Assembly: GCA_035710125.1 (NCBI GenBank)
Contig: DASTDY010000077.1
Span: forward strand, 5,401 to 69,400
Source: Candidatus Saccharimonadales bacterium
GTDB taxonomy: Bacteria; Patescibacteriota; Saccharimonadia; Saccharimonadales; EFPC-124
Length of the DNA: 64,000 nt
Direction of reading: 5' to 3'
The position numbers and the translations under genes are program-made. Each line of letters opens with the position of its first letter. Position 1 is the first letter of the stretch. Below are positions 36,290 through 45,636 of the stretch, in pieces. The notes beneath the pieces were generated by a model. It did no database searches, was not told where the DNA came from, and saw nothing but the letters and a program-made list of their open reading frames with translations.

Positions 36290-37531
36290 GTGAACAGTAT
36301 GTTAGCGACCGCGCAGGCTGCAATTCGTAACGCTGCAAAAGATTTAGGGTACGACGAGGCAACAATTGAAGCACTTATAGAGCCCGAAAACGCCCATGTG
36401 TTCGAGGTAGCGACATCGGGCGGCAAAAAATACGCTGCTTACCGCGTGCAACATAGCAGCAAGCTTGGGCCGCATAAAGGTGGCATTAGGTTTCACCCTA
36501 ATGTATCGCTCGATGAAGTCCAGGCGCTTGCCACGCTTATGACCATTAAAACGGCCGCAGTCGGTTTGCCGCTTGGTGGCGGAAAAGGCGGGATAGTAGT
36601 TGATCCTCGCGACTTAAGCCGCCAAGAGCTAGAAGAAATATCACGCGATTACGCCCGCTACCTTGCGCCGCATATTGGCTCAGATAAAGACATTCCCGCG
36701 CCAGACGTAAACACCAACGCCGAGATCATGGACTGGATGGTAGACGAGCTAGAAAAAGTAAAAGGCCACCGCGATCCAGGCGCATTCACTGGCAAAACCA
36801 TGCAAGGCGGCGGCAGTGAAGGGCGCGAGGCTGCAACTGGCCGAGGTGGCGTTATTTCGTTAATCCAATTACTAAAACATAACGGCCTCGACAAAAAACC
36901 CCTCACCGTTGCAATGCAAGGTTTTGGCAACGTGGGTTACTTTTTTGCCAAAGTGTTGCAAGAAGAGCTGCCGCATGTACGGCTCATTGCGGTTGCCAAC
37001 AGTAAAAATACGTGGCTTAAGCCAGACGGAATCCGTATAGACGACGCCCAAGCGGCAGGGACGCCACGGCCAGAACATCTTACCGACCTTAAAAATGTAA
37101 GCACGCTGCCGGCAGCTGCAATCACCAGTGTAAAAGCCGATATTTTAGTGCTAGCCGCGCTAGAAGATGCTATAGTTCAAACAAATATGCACCTTGTAAA
37201 CGCAGACATCTTGGTTGAGCTGGCCAATGGCCCTGTTAGCCAAGAAGCACACGAATATCTTACCCAAAAAGGCATCACAATCTTGCCCGATATCATCGCC
37301 AACGCTGGTGGTGTTATTGTTTCTTGCCTGGAATGGCAGCAAAACCTACAACACGAACATTGGTCCGAACAAGAAGTGAACCAAAAACTCGCCGATACGC
37401 TAGTGCCTGCTACCAACGCTATGATTCATTACGCCCAAGATAAAAAAGTAAGTTTAAAGCAGGCGGCGTTTGAGCTAGCACTTAGGCGACTCCTGCAGGA
37501 GCAAGGCCGTGACAAAAACGTGGTGGACTAA
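36290..37531 (+). CDS. gdh: Glu/Leu/Phe/Val dehydrogenase family (glutamate dehydrogenase-like)
   Basis: GPHKGGIRFHP, GGGKGGIVVDP and GFGNVG Rossmann motifs. Confidence 0.85.
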   Translation: MNSMLATAQAAIRNAAKDLGYDEATIEALIEPENAHVFEVATSGGKKYAAYRVQHSSKLGPHKGGIRFHPNVSLDEVQALATLMTIKTAAVGLPLGGGKGGIVVDPRDLSRQELEEISRDYARYLAPHIGSDKDIPAPDVNTNAEIMDWMVDELEKVKGHRDPGAFTGKTMQGGGSEGREAATGRGGVISLIQLLKHNGLDKKPLTVAMQGFGNVGYFFAKVLQEELPHVRLIAVANSKNTWLKPDGIRIDDAQAAGTPRPEHLTDLKNVSTLPAAAITSVKADILVLAALEDAIVQTNMHLVNADILVELANGPVSQEAHEYLTQKGITILPDIIANAGGVIVSCLEWQQNLQHEHWSEQEVNQKLADTLVPATNAMIHYAQDKKVSLKQAAFELALRRLLQEQGRDKNVVD

Positions 37532-38264
37532 AAAAAGACAACAAAACGCGCTCGTAATAGGCATATGCGCCGCGGCCATAGTGATAGCCGGTTTTGTAGT
37601 ATGGAGCAGTAAACCGGCTGCCGCCGAACCAAAACCCCTCATGCAGGCGCAGGGGATGGTATCTGTGCACTACACCCAAAAACCAGGTGCAATTTTGCTG
37701 ACACCGGCGCTACCGGCAACAAAGGGGATAGTGCTGTATCCTGATGCGCACGTTGACCCTGCTGCTTATGCATATAAAATGAGCGGTTTGGCTCAGAGTG
37801 GTGTGGCGATTGTTATTGTGAAGCCACTCTTCAATATGCCACAGTTCGATTTGCAATCGTTTAAAGATTTTGCCGCGTTGGTGCCCGAAGTAAAAGAGTG
37901 GTACATGGCCGGCCACGGACAAGGCGCAAATAAGGCTTGCCAGAATGCAGAAAACAATTCATATAAGGGCATTATTGTACTGGCGGCGTATTGCACGAGA
38001 TCGATTGCGTCAGTTTCTATGCCCGTACTGGTAATGTTTGGCGCAAATGATGGAATTGTGGCGCGGCAAGCAGTTGAACAGAATAAACTGTTCATGCCTG
38101 ATACGACCCAATACGATTTAGTGGAGGGTTTAAACCATGCTGGATTTGCCGATTATGGCGCGCAGCAAGGCGACGGAGACACAACTCTTACCGATAGCGA
38201 AGTGCGCCTTAAAATGACCGAGCGCATCTCGCAGTTTATAGGCGTCACTGCCAGGGCAGACTAG
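37509..38264 (+). CDS. membrane-anchored alpha/beta-hydrolase-fold-like protein
   Basis: N-terminal TM helix. Dienelactone-hydrolase-like layout, but the elbow reads AGHGQGA with no Ser. GTG start overlaps the gdh end. Confidence 0.45.
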   Translation: MTKTWWTKKRQQNALVIGICAAAIVIAGFVVWSSKPAAAEPKPLMQAQGMVSVHYTQKPGAILLTPALPATKGIVLYPDAHVDPAAYAYKMSGLAQSGVAIVIVKPLFNMPQFDLQSFKDFAALVPEVKEWYMAGHGQGANKACQNAENNSYKGIIVLAAYCTRSIASVSMPVLVMFGANDGIVARQAVEQNKLFMPDTTQYDLVEGLNHAGFADYGAQQGDGDTTLTDSEVRLKMTERISQFIGVTARAD

Positions 38265-38265
38265 T

Positions 38266-38859
38266 ATGCCTGCAAAACGGCGGACATTTTGGGCGCGATT
38301 AAACCGCTGGTGGCTGCGGTACGAGTACAAGCACACCACGCTTGCGGTGATGGCAGTCATTTTGTTTGTGTCGTTGTTTGACAGCGCATTGCTTGGCACG
38401 GCATTCTCGTATTTGCAGGGCCTTGGCTATATTGGCGGTTTTTTGGCTGGCGTGCTTTCGACCACCTTTTTTACCGCTGTACCAGCAGTAGTCCTGATTG
38501 TTGAGCTAGCTACTGCTGGCCACGATCCACTTTTTTTGGCGCTCATCGTGGGTCTTGGCAGCGCTGCGGGCGATATGCTTTTGTTGGTTTTCTTTGAAGA
38601 GAAAATTTTTTACGAGCTGCGCCCCATCTTTAAGCGCCTGCGACTGTCTTTTTTGCTGCACGACAAAAGAAAACGCGCCTCGGTATCTAAGTTGTTAGCC
38701 GGCGCCCTTATTATTATGACACCTTTGCCAGACGAAATCGGCCTTGGGCTGCTTGGTATCTCTAGGTTTCCTAAAGCGTTTATTTTTGTGATATGCCTAG
38801 CGTTAAATACCCTTGGCGCGGCATTAGTAATACTGGCAGTCAGGGCGGTTGCGGCGTAG
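38266..38859 (+). CDS. integral membrane protein, unknown function
   Basis: 197 aa with about 5 TM helices. Confidence 0.55.
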   Translation: MPAKRRTFWARLNRWWLRYEYKHTTLAVMAVILFVSLFDSALLGTAFSYLQGLGYIGGFLAGVLSTTFFTAVPAVVLIVELATAGHDPLFLALIVGLGSAAGDMLLLVFFEEKIFYELRPIFKRLRLSFLLHDKRKRASVSKLLAGALIIMTPLPDEIGLGLLGISRFPKAFIFVICLALNTLGAALVILAVRAVAA

Positions 38860-38868
38860 AATAAGCTT

Positions 38869-39375
38869 ATGGCAACGCAAATAGCAATTTTTGCAGCTGG
38901 CTGTTTTTGGGGAGTCCAGGCATATTTTGACCAAGTCCCTGGTGTACTTAATACAACAGTTGGGTACACAGGCGGGCATGTGCCCAACCCAACTTACGAG
39001 CAAGTATGCACGCATACCACAGGCCATGCGGAGGCCTGCCGTATTGAGTTTGATCCAAATCAGGTTTCATTCCGTGATTTAGTGCGCCAATTTTACCGTA
39101 TGCACGATCCAACCCAAGTGGACGGCCAGGGCCCCGACATTGGCGATAGTTACCGTAGCGCAATTTTTTATACGTCGCCCATCCAGCAACAAGAGGCAGA
39201 TGAGGTGACAGTCATGGTGCAAAAAACCCTAGATAAGCCAATTGCCACCGAAATCACAAAGGCTACAGATTTTTACGAAGCAGAGGATTACCACCAAAAA
39301 TATTTTGAAAAGACTGGCCAGGGTGCGTGCCATGTTGCATATGCGCCATTAGATAAAGAGAGCTTCTATAAGTAG
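38869..39375 (+). CDS. msrA: peptide methionine (S)-S-oxide reductase
   Basis: FAAGCFWGVQAYF and GHAEACRIEFDP blocks. Confidence 0.95.
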   Translation: MATQIAIFAAGCFWGVQAYFDQVPGVLNTTVGYTGGHVPNPTYEQVCTHTTGHAEACRIEFDPNQVSFRDLVRQFYRMHDPTQVDGQGPDIGDSYRSAIFYTSPIQQQEADEVTVMVQKTLDKPIATEITKATDFYEAEDYHQKYFEKTGQGACHVAYAPLDKESFYK

Positions 39376-39394
39376 TTGCTTAAGGGTAAGCGAA

Positions 39395-39434
39395 AGGCCC
39401 GCCGCACATGCACGAATGCATGGCGGGCGGGCCT
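39395..39434. terminator. bidirectional nested hairpin between msrA and cassette H
   Basis: AGGCCCGCC pairs with GGCGGGCCT. The inner hairpin is CATGCA-CGAA-TGCATG. Confidence 0.6.
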
Positions 39435-39469
39435 GTTGCCGTAGAACACACAGTTGGAACTCTCCGTTC

Positions 39470-39889
39470 TCAGGCGCACTGCAAGAGCTGTTCGGTGGCG
39501 CAACGGCCGCAGTTGGGCGCGCCGTCGCACGAGATGAACCACTCCCAGTTGCCCTCGGCGGTCAGCTCCCCGTCCAGGAAGCAGATGTCGGGCAGTGGCA
39601 CGAAGTCGAAGATCGGCGTGGCGTCAACGAAGAATCGCACGCTGGTTCGATCCTTGACCGGCCTCCAGTCGTTCTGGTCAGAGGGCCTGATGAGCAGTAA
39701 GCATTCCTCGTCCTTGGCGGGGAGCAGCGCACGCTCGTGACGGCCGGCACCTTCGACGGTGAACCCGGCGAGGGTAGCCACCACGGGGTCGTGGTGGAGT
39801 CCGAAGGTGGCGGAGATGTGCGCCAGCGCTTCTTCGGGTGCCGCAGCGATGCCGTCGAACCGAATACGGGCTTTGGCGAGATCACACAT
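39470..39889 (-). CDS. GC-rich cassette gene H, hypothetical protein
   Basis: ATG at 39889 after CCGGAGG. TTTAAA-N17-TAGAAT upstream on the minus strand. Cys-rich C-terminus. Confidence 0.55.
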   Translation of the reverse strand: MCDLAKARIRFDGIAAAPEEALAHISATFGLHHDPVVATLAGFTVEGAGRHERALLPAKDEECLLLIRPSDQNDWRPVKDRTSVRFFVDATPIFDFVPLPDICFLDGELTAEGNWEWFISCDGAPNCGRCATEQLLQCA

Positions 39890-39998
39890 GGTTGCCTCCG
39901 GTATGTAGAACAGCAAACTACACGGTGTAGTTCAATTCTATATGATACCATACTTCCTTTAAAAAAGCAACTATCACCAGAGACACTTATTAGTTATA

Positions 39999-41303
39999 AT
40001 GGCCGGTATGTTAGATATACGATACATCCGCGAACACCCCAAAGAAGTCCAGCTAAAGTCCGAACAAAAAGGGTACTCAGTTGATGTGTCGAGTTTATTA
40101 CGATTAGACGACGAGCGTCGTGAGCTCCAACAAAAAGCCGACACAATCCGCCAAGCCCGTAACGAGTTGGCCGCCGGCCTTAAGAAAGGTAAGCCTAGCG
40201 AGGTAGATCTGCAAAAAGGCCGCGACCTTAAAACCGAACTTACTGCGGTTGAGACCACACTGCGCGATGTAGACGCCACGTTTTTGGCCATGCTTAAAAA
40301 GATCCCGAACATGCCACTCGACTATGTTCCGGTTGGCGAAAGCGAAACCCAAAACGTAGTAATAAAAACTGTCGGGACACCACCAGCATTTAGCTTTGAG
40401 CCGAAAAACCATTGGCAGATTGGTGAGTCGCGCGACCTAATAGATAAAGAACGTGCAGCCAAGGTAGCAGGCAGCCGGTTCGCCTACATTAAAGGTGATT
40501 TAGTGCGGTTGCAGGTTGCGGTTGTGCACTGGGCAATCGACGCTTTAACAGATGAGTCTGTGATTAAAAAGATTATCGCTGATAACAACTTACAAGTTCC
40601 GGCAAAACCATTCGTTCCAGTTATGCCGCCGGCGGTAATCCGCACCGATGTATATGAGGCCACCGGCCGCCTAAACGCCGAAGAAGTTACTTACAAACTT
40701 GCAGACGACGACCTTTGGTTAAATGCGAGCGCCGAGCACAGCATGGCACCAATGTACATGAACGAAATTTTACCCGAAAGCCAACTGCCCGTACGTTACG
40801 TGGCCTATGCCACCAGCTTTAGGCGCGAAGCCGGCACGTACGGCAAAGACATGGAGGGTATTTTTAGGCTGCACCAGTTCGATAAACTAGAGATGGAGAG
40901 TTTTTCTACCGCCGAGACCGGCCTAGAAGAACATAAGCTTATGGTGGCGATCCAAGAGTACCTTATGCAGCAGCTCGAGTTGCCATACCAAGTATTACAA
41001 AAATGCACCGCAGACATCGGTGGGCCGAATGCCGCTGGCGTAGATATCAACGCATGGTTGCCTGGCCAAGGTAAGTACCGCGAAACACACACCGCCGATT
41101 ACATTACAGATTACCAAACCCGTCGTTTGCAGTCACGCGTGCGCCGCGAAAACGGTGATTTAGAGCTAATGCACACTAACGACGCAACTGCGTTGTCTAT
41201 GAGGCCACTTATTGCAATTGTAGAAAACTACCAGAACAAAGATGGGTCTATTACCGTTCCAACGGTGCTACGCCCATATGTAGGCGGCAAAGAAAACTTG
41301 TAA
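39999..41303 (+). CDS. serS: seryl-tRNA synthetase
   Basis: N-terminal coiled-coil arm, class II core. The start may instead be the ATG at 40008 (MLDIRYIR). Confidence 0.95.
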   Translation: MAGMLDIRYIREHPKEVQLKSEQKGYSVDVSSLLRLDDERRELQQKADTIRQARNELAAGLKKGKPSEVDLQKGRDLKTELTAVETTLRDVDATFLAMLKKIPNMPLDYVPVGESETQNVVIKTVGTPPAFSFEPKNHWQIGESRDLIDKERAAKVAGSRFAYIKGDLVRLQVAVVHWAIDALTDESVIKKIIADNNLQVPAKPFVPVMPPAVIRTDVYEATGRLNAEEVTYKLADDDLWLNASAEHSMAPMYMNEILPESQLPVRYVAYATSFRREAGTYGKDMEGIFRLHQFDKLEMESFSTAETGLEEHKLMVAIQEYLMQQLELPYQVLQKCTADIGGPNAAGVDINAWLPGQGKYRETHTADYITDYQTRRLQSRVRRENGDLELMHTNDATALSMRPLIAIVENYQNKDGSITVPTVLRPYVGGKENL

Positions 41304-41366
41304 GGGTGGGTGCGGGCGAGACGTTTCTGGTGAACGCCTCGCCGCGCGGCAACCAACAGGTTCGGT

Positions 41367-42332
41367 TTACTGGTCGGCCAGGAGCCGTTGTTGTGCAAGC
41401 GGCCACAACTTACGGACTAGCGCGCCTTGCTTGTTTTTTTGTTCCGAGAGGAAGGTCTCGACCATGCGCTTGGCCTGCTTGTACAGCGTGCCATGGAATC
41501 CGCTTGAAGGCCCGAAGTGTTTGCAGACCGCCATGAGTTCCCAGGCTGAATCAACATTGGCGAGCGCCGCCCGCCACGAGCTACACGAGTCGATCGTGGG
41601 TTGGTACATCGCACCAAAATCTTGGTCGACGGTACTCCAGTAGGTCGGCTCATTGCCCATGTCGGACGCCTCGCAGTGCTTATCGAACCCTTGCGCTGCG
41701 CGTTCCATGATCGAGAACCAGTGGCCGTTCATTCCTCTCGGCCATTTGTCGCCCTTGGTGTCGACGTGCCGGAAGCTCAGGTCAATGCTGCTTTCTGCAT
41801 GGCCTTGGTACCTTCGCCGGACTATTTTGGTGACAAACACAAACCGATTGCGAAGGCTGCCATTTACCAACGCTCGGCCGAGCAACACTCCTTTGGCCGA
41901 TGGCGAGGCCCAGATGTTCCACTGTTCGGGAAGCAAGGGCGTGTTGAGCGCCTTTTCGAACGGCCGGTTGAGGCCTCCCCATGCCATGAACAGCTGATGT
42001 GGCGTAGACACGCGGCCGACGTGTGGCTGGTGGTACGTACGAGGCCCGTCAACAAAGAAGCAGTCGTAGGCCACAGCCAGATTGGGGTCTTTGAGCGGAA
42101 TGTTGGTCATGCCGTCGACCGTGGGGAGGCCCTGGGTTGACGCCATGAGGCAGTCAGGGACTCCCAGATTCCAGCGCTCCAAGGGCACAAAACCCTTGCC
42201 GTAGGCGGTGAACGATTCCAGCTTGCTGCCGTTTGCGTAGCTCCAGATTGCCCCGGGTTCGCCAACGAGTGACAACACAGAGAGTGCATCGGTTGCTCCG
42301 AAGTCGTTGAAGAAATGAACGGGCGGCGACAT
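41367..42332 (-). CDS. GC-rich cassette gene I, hypothetical protein (321 aa)
   Basis: ATG at 42332 after AAGGGAG. The GC-rich body begins exactly there. At least 8 overlapping alternative ORFs in the track. Confidence 0.55.
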   Translation of the reverse strand: MSPPVHFFNDFGATDALSVLSLVGEPGAIWSYANGSKLESFTAYGKGFVPLERWNLGVPDCLMASTQGLPTVDGMTNIPLKDPNLAVAYDCFFVDGPRTYHQPHVGRVSTPHQLFMAWGGLNRPFEKALNTPLLPEQWNIWASPSAKGVLLGRALVNGSLRNRFVFVTKIVRRRYQGHAESSIDLSFRHVDTKGDKWPRGMNGHWFSIMERAAQGFDKHCEASDMGNEPTYWSTVDQDFGAMYQPTIDSCSSWRAALANVDSAWELMAVCKHFGPSSGFHGTLYKQAKRMVETFLSEQKNKQGALVRKLWPLAQQRLLADQ

Positions 42333-42485
42333 GAGGCTCCCTTGTCTGTTGGTGCAACTTTTGGCTGATGCCAAGAGTACTTTTACTGTACATGGCATGT
42401 TTTACATCAGTCAATTAGTGCAACGGGGTGTATAATAAAGCTGTACAAGGTAAGGCCTAAAAGTGAACGGAGGAAGCTACGACAC

Positions 42486-42857
42486 ATGATCGCACGTATA
42501 GATACCGCTGGGATCAACGTAGATTTAAGCGACGAAATTAAAAAATATATCTCACGCAAACTTGGCAGGCTCGATAAATATATTCCCAGGCATGCCAGAA
42601 AAAGCGTCCACGTAGAAGTTAAACTTCGCGAAACCAATAATCGTCTTGGTAATAAATACGAATGTGAAGTTATATTCCATTTACCGAGTGCGCAGTTACA
42701 GGCAAAGGAATCTACGCTTAACATGTTTGCTGCGGTAGATATCGCTGAAGCAAAAATGAAAAACCAACTTGTTAAGTATAAGCAAGCCCATATTGCGCAT
42801 TTGCACGAAAAGCACCCAGGCGCCCTTGGCCGGCTAAGGGTGAGGCTGCTTCAGTAG
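42486..42857 (+). CDS. hpf: ribosome hibernation promoting factor / RaiA family
   Basis: S30AE-like sequence (SDEIKKYISRKLGRLDKY..VEVKL..YECEVIFHLP..DIAEAKMKNQLVKYK). Confidence 0.85.
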   Translation: MIARIDTAGINVDLSDEIKKYISRKLGRLDKYIPRHARKSVHVEVKLRETNNRLGNKYECEVIFHLPSAQLQAKESTLNMFAAVDIAEAKMKNQLVKYKQAHIAHLHEKHPGALGRLRVRLLQ

Positions 42858-42918
42858 CTTGTAGGCGGCCAGTATTTAATCTACAGTAGGTGAGTCCCCT
42901 AAGAACTGAGGAGTCTCT

Positions 42919-43830
42919 TTGAAGTATTCGGAGTGCGATCTTCATGAGCTGGAGTTTAGCTTGCGCTACATGGCTGTGCGCAGCGCTAGGGTGGCCCGAA
43001 AACTTCGCGGCCGAACCAAGAATATCCCAAAGAATCGTCCAGACGGTACGCCCGAACCTTTGACCGACGGTGACCTTGAGTCCCACAGGTGCTTCGTGCG
43101 GGAGTTCCACGAACTGCCCGAAGGTTTTGGCTGTGTGGGCGAGGAGGAAGATCTCCGGATCGAGTGCACCTTTGAAGACGCAGAGGTGCGTATTACCTTC
43201 GACGCTGTTGACGGCACCAAGGTGTATGCCGCTGACTATGTGTTTGGCTCTACCGTCATGATCGCCTTGGTGGTCAACGACCAGGTGGTGGCAGCGTATA
43301 TCGCAGATATCAACTCGGGCGACGTGTTCGGGTACGGACCATCTACCTCCGAGGTGAGGCGTTGGCGCGACTTCGACGTGGCACGGGCCGGTGGCGAGCC
43401 GCTATCTACTGAATTCCCGGGATCGCTGAAAGACCAGCCGATCCTGCTGCGCAACGAACGTGAGGACTACCCGCCGCGTGTTGCCGCAATTGCTCGGTCG
43501 ACCAAGCACAGCGGCGGTATCTTCAGCCGCTACGTCAGCTGTGATAGCGGCGTCAGCATTGGCCTGAGCATGGTGCAGTTGCTATGCGGGCATGTGGGCG
43601 CGTTGGTCATGGCCAGCAAGCGCTGGTCGCCGTGGGACGACACGCCGCTCATTGGGCTCGCGAAAGCAATGGGCATGGTGTTCCTGCGGCCTATCAGCGA
43701 CGGCACCACATTGGAGGAGTTCGAGCCGCCGTTGGTGGAAGAGGTTGCCCCGCGCGACTATGTGATCTTTGTGGTGCACCGATCTAGTGCCGCCGCGCTA
43801 CAAGAGGGCTACGCAGCTGCAGTGCTTTAG
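42919..43830 (+). CDS. GC-rich cassette gene J, inositol-monophosphatase-fold (IMPase/CysQ-like) protein
   Basis: TTG start after GAGGAG. Metal and substrate motifs VGEEED, FDAVDGT (DPxDGT-like) and SPWDDTPL (WDxxA-like). Confidence 0.55.
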   Translation: MKYSECDLHELEFSLRYMAVRSARVARKLRGRTKNIPKNRPDGTPEPLTDGDLESHRCFVREFHELPEGFGCVGEEEDLRIECTFEDAEVRITFDAVDGTKVYAADYVFGSTVMIALVVNDQVVAAYIADINSGDVFGYGPSTSEVRRWRDFDVARAGGEPLSTEFPGSLKDQPILLRNEREDYPPRVAAIARSTKHSGGIFSRYVSCDSGVSIGLSMVQLLCGHVGALVMASKRWSPWDDTPLIGLAKAMGMVFLRPISDGTTLEEFEPPLVEEVAPRDYVIFVVHRSSAAALQEGYAAAVL

Positions 43831-43947
43831 TGCAAAGGGGTAAGGTGTAGGGGCGGGTTGATTCCGCTCCTACACTCTGCTAATTTGTTTTAAGTTGAAC
43901 CCAATAACCATCCTACAAATACACCTTAAGTTCCGTACCTCATTATT

Positions 43948-45558
43948 ATGAATCCAGAGACATTCCCTCGACCACCAGAAATCCTGCACGACACACCAGA
44001 ATACAATCCCGATGCATTGCATGATGCGTTACTTTTACTACCTGAAGGGACCGACTTAAGTGTAGAACCTAATAAAGACTCAGAACCCGACATTATTATT
44101 ACGGACGACTCTACCATTTTGGTAGATGGTCATCCACTAGAACTCAATAGGTCACAAAGATTTATTTTTAACTGTTTACGGCTTTCTAAAGGCGAACAGC
44201 AGACTGGACCAGAACTTAGAGACCTGGGGTATCAGGGTACCAAAGTGGCATTTAATGTCTCCATGAAAAAGTTTTTACAAAAAATAAACGGAGAATTGGG
44301 CGTAGATCTTATAAAGGTGGAAAAGCTCATTGGTCAGGGTAAAAAAGGAGGTAGCAAACCAACGCATGCCTATACGCTCCTTAAAGAGGTCGCGATTGTT
44401 GATATGCGACACACATGGTCTCCGCGTAAACAGTTGCTCCGTGGTTGTTTACAGTACAAGAACGATGCTCTAGTTACGTCCCCTGAAGGTTACGCGATGT
44501 TTAAAAGCCAAGCGGCACGCGAGACGGTTGCAGCCGCCATGCTGCAAGAGTACCGGCGGCACCCCGATGTGAACAAAGAGTTGATAGAAATGCTCGATGG
44601 CCATATTGGTAAGCGCTCCCCGAAGACTGGGATTCTGCCAATTAAGACGTACCCCGAGTTATCTGAGGAGCAAGAGATTGGCCTTTTTGAATTAATAGAT
44701 CAAGGTCTATTCCGGTATGTTTCTGATGAGACGGTTCATAACCCCGAAATCATAGAGGCTGTGAACTCTGTGTTTAAACTTTATTTGCATCATGCTCATC
44801 ATATAGGTTATTTAGCTAAGTATTTAATGGGCCCTGGGGCCTTATTTGAAGACCTGTATCAGGCTGGCGCATTGCGGTTGCTAAGTACAGTAGTGCGGCA
44901 TTCAACGGAAAGGCGCAAGCGTTATGGGCTGTTTCGACACACCGTAACCGCAAATCTGCGGTACGCAATGCTTACAGAAAGACGCGCAGGCTTGTCACAT
45001 ATTGTTGTGCATCATAAGATGACTGGCGAACTAAACGCTGCCATGGAAGCACTCCAAACTGCACAGGAGACTGAAGGGCGAGTGCTGTCGCTCGAGGAAA
45101 TCGCAAAAGAGATTAATGTTTCTGAACGTCGAGTTATGGCGTTGTTAGCGCTTGCGCCCCGGATTTTGTCTGACGACGAAACATATAGCGAGGCAATGGA
45201 GGCGGAAAGAGAAGACGAATTTGACAATCATATAAACCAATTCGAATCAGCCGAAATGCTGCACGATTTGTTTATAGATACAACGCTCAGCGATAAAGAA
45301 AAAATTGTACTCAGTATCTTTTATGGTATTTTTGAGAATGCGCTGTGCGGTGCGGAGTTTTACATCCGTGGCAAGGGTGTCACTTTTGTATATCCTTATG
45401 AACAAGAAGAATTCGATACGCTCCATCGACGCATAGGATCATTCATTGACCTAGATAATGAATTTGGCGCAAAGCCCGGTCTTTGCTCGTCCCTCCACAC
45501 GGCAGCGCTTGGTAAGGCGCGTGATATTATTGAATACAATCCGTACGACGAAGTATAG
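43948..45558 (+). CDS. divergent sigma-70-family-like protein with long N-terminal extension
   Basis: Lower-GC gene. Region 1.2-like LSEEQEIGLFELIDQG, region 2-like FEDLYQAGALRLL, region 3-like LSLEEIAKEINVSERRV, region 4-like LSDKEKIVLSIFYG. The N-terminus has a winged-helix-like segment. Confidence 0.5.
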   Translation: MNPETFPRPPEILHDTPEYNPDALHDALLLLPEGTDLSVEPNKDSEPDIIITDDSTILVDGHPLELNRSQRFIFNCLRLSKGEQQTGPELRDLGYQGTKVAFNVSMKKFLQKINGELGVDLIKVEKLIGQGKKGGSKPTHAYTLLKEVAIVDMRHTWSPRKQLLRGCLQYKNDALVTSPEGYAMFKSQAARETVAAAMLQEYRRHPDVNKELIEMLDGHIGKRSPKTGILPIKTYPELSEEQEIGLFELIDQGLFRYVSDETVHNPEIIEAVNSVFKLYLHHAHHIGYLAKYLMGPGALFEDLYQAGALRLLSTVVRHSTERRKRYGLFRHTVTANLRYAMLTERRAGLSHIVVHHKMTGELNAAMEALQTAQETEGRVLSLEEIAKEINVSERRVMALLALAPRILSDDETYSEAMEAEREDEFDNHINQFESAEMLHDLFIDTTLSDKEKIVLSIFYGIFENALCGAEFYIRGKGVTFVYPYEQEEFDTLHRRIGSFIDLDNEFGAKPGLCSSLHTAALGKARDIIEYNPYDEV

Positions 45559-45636
45559 GACTGGTTTTAATTCCGTCCAAACCTGGGTATACTAAACCTA
45601 GTCCGATAGACTTTTTTAACCGTTTTTGGGAGTAAT

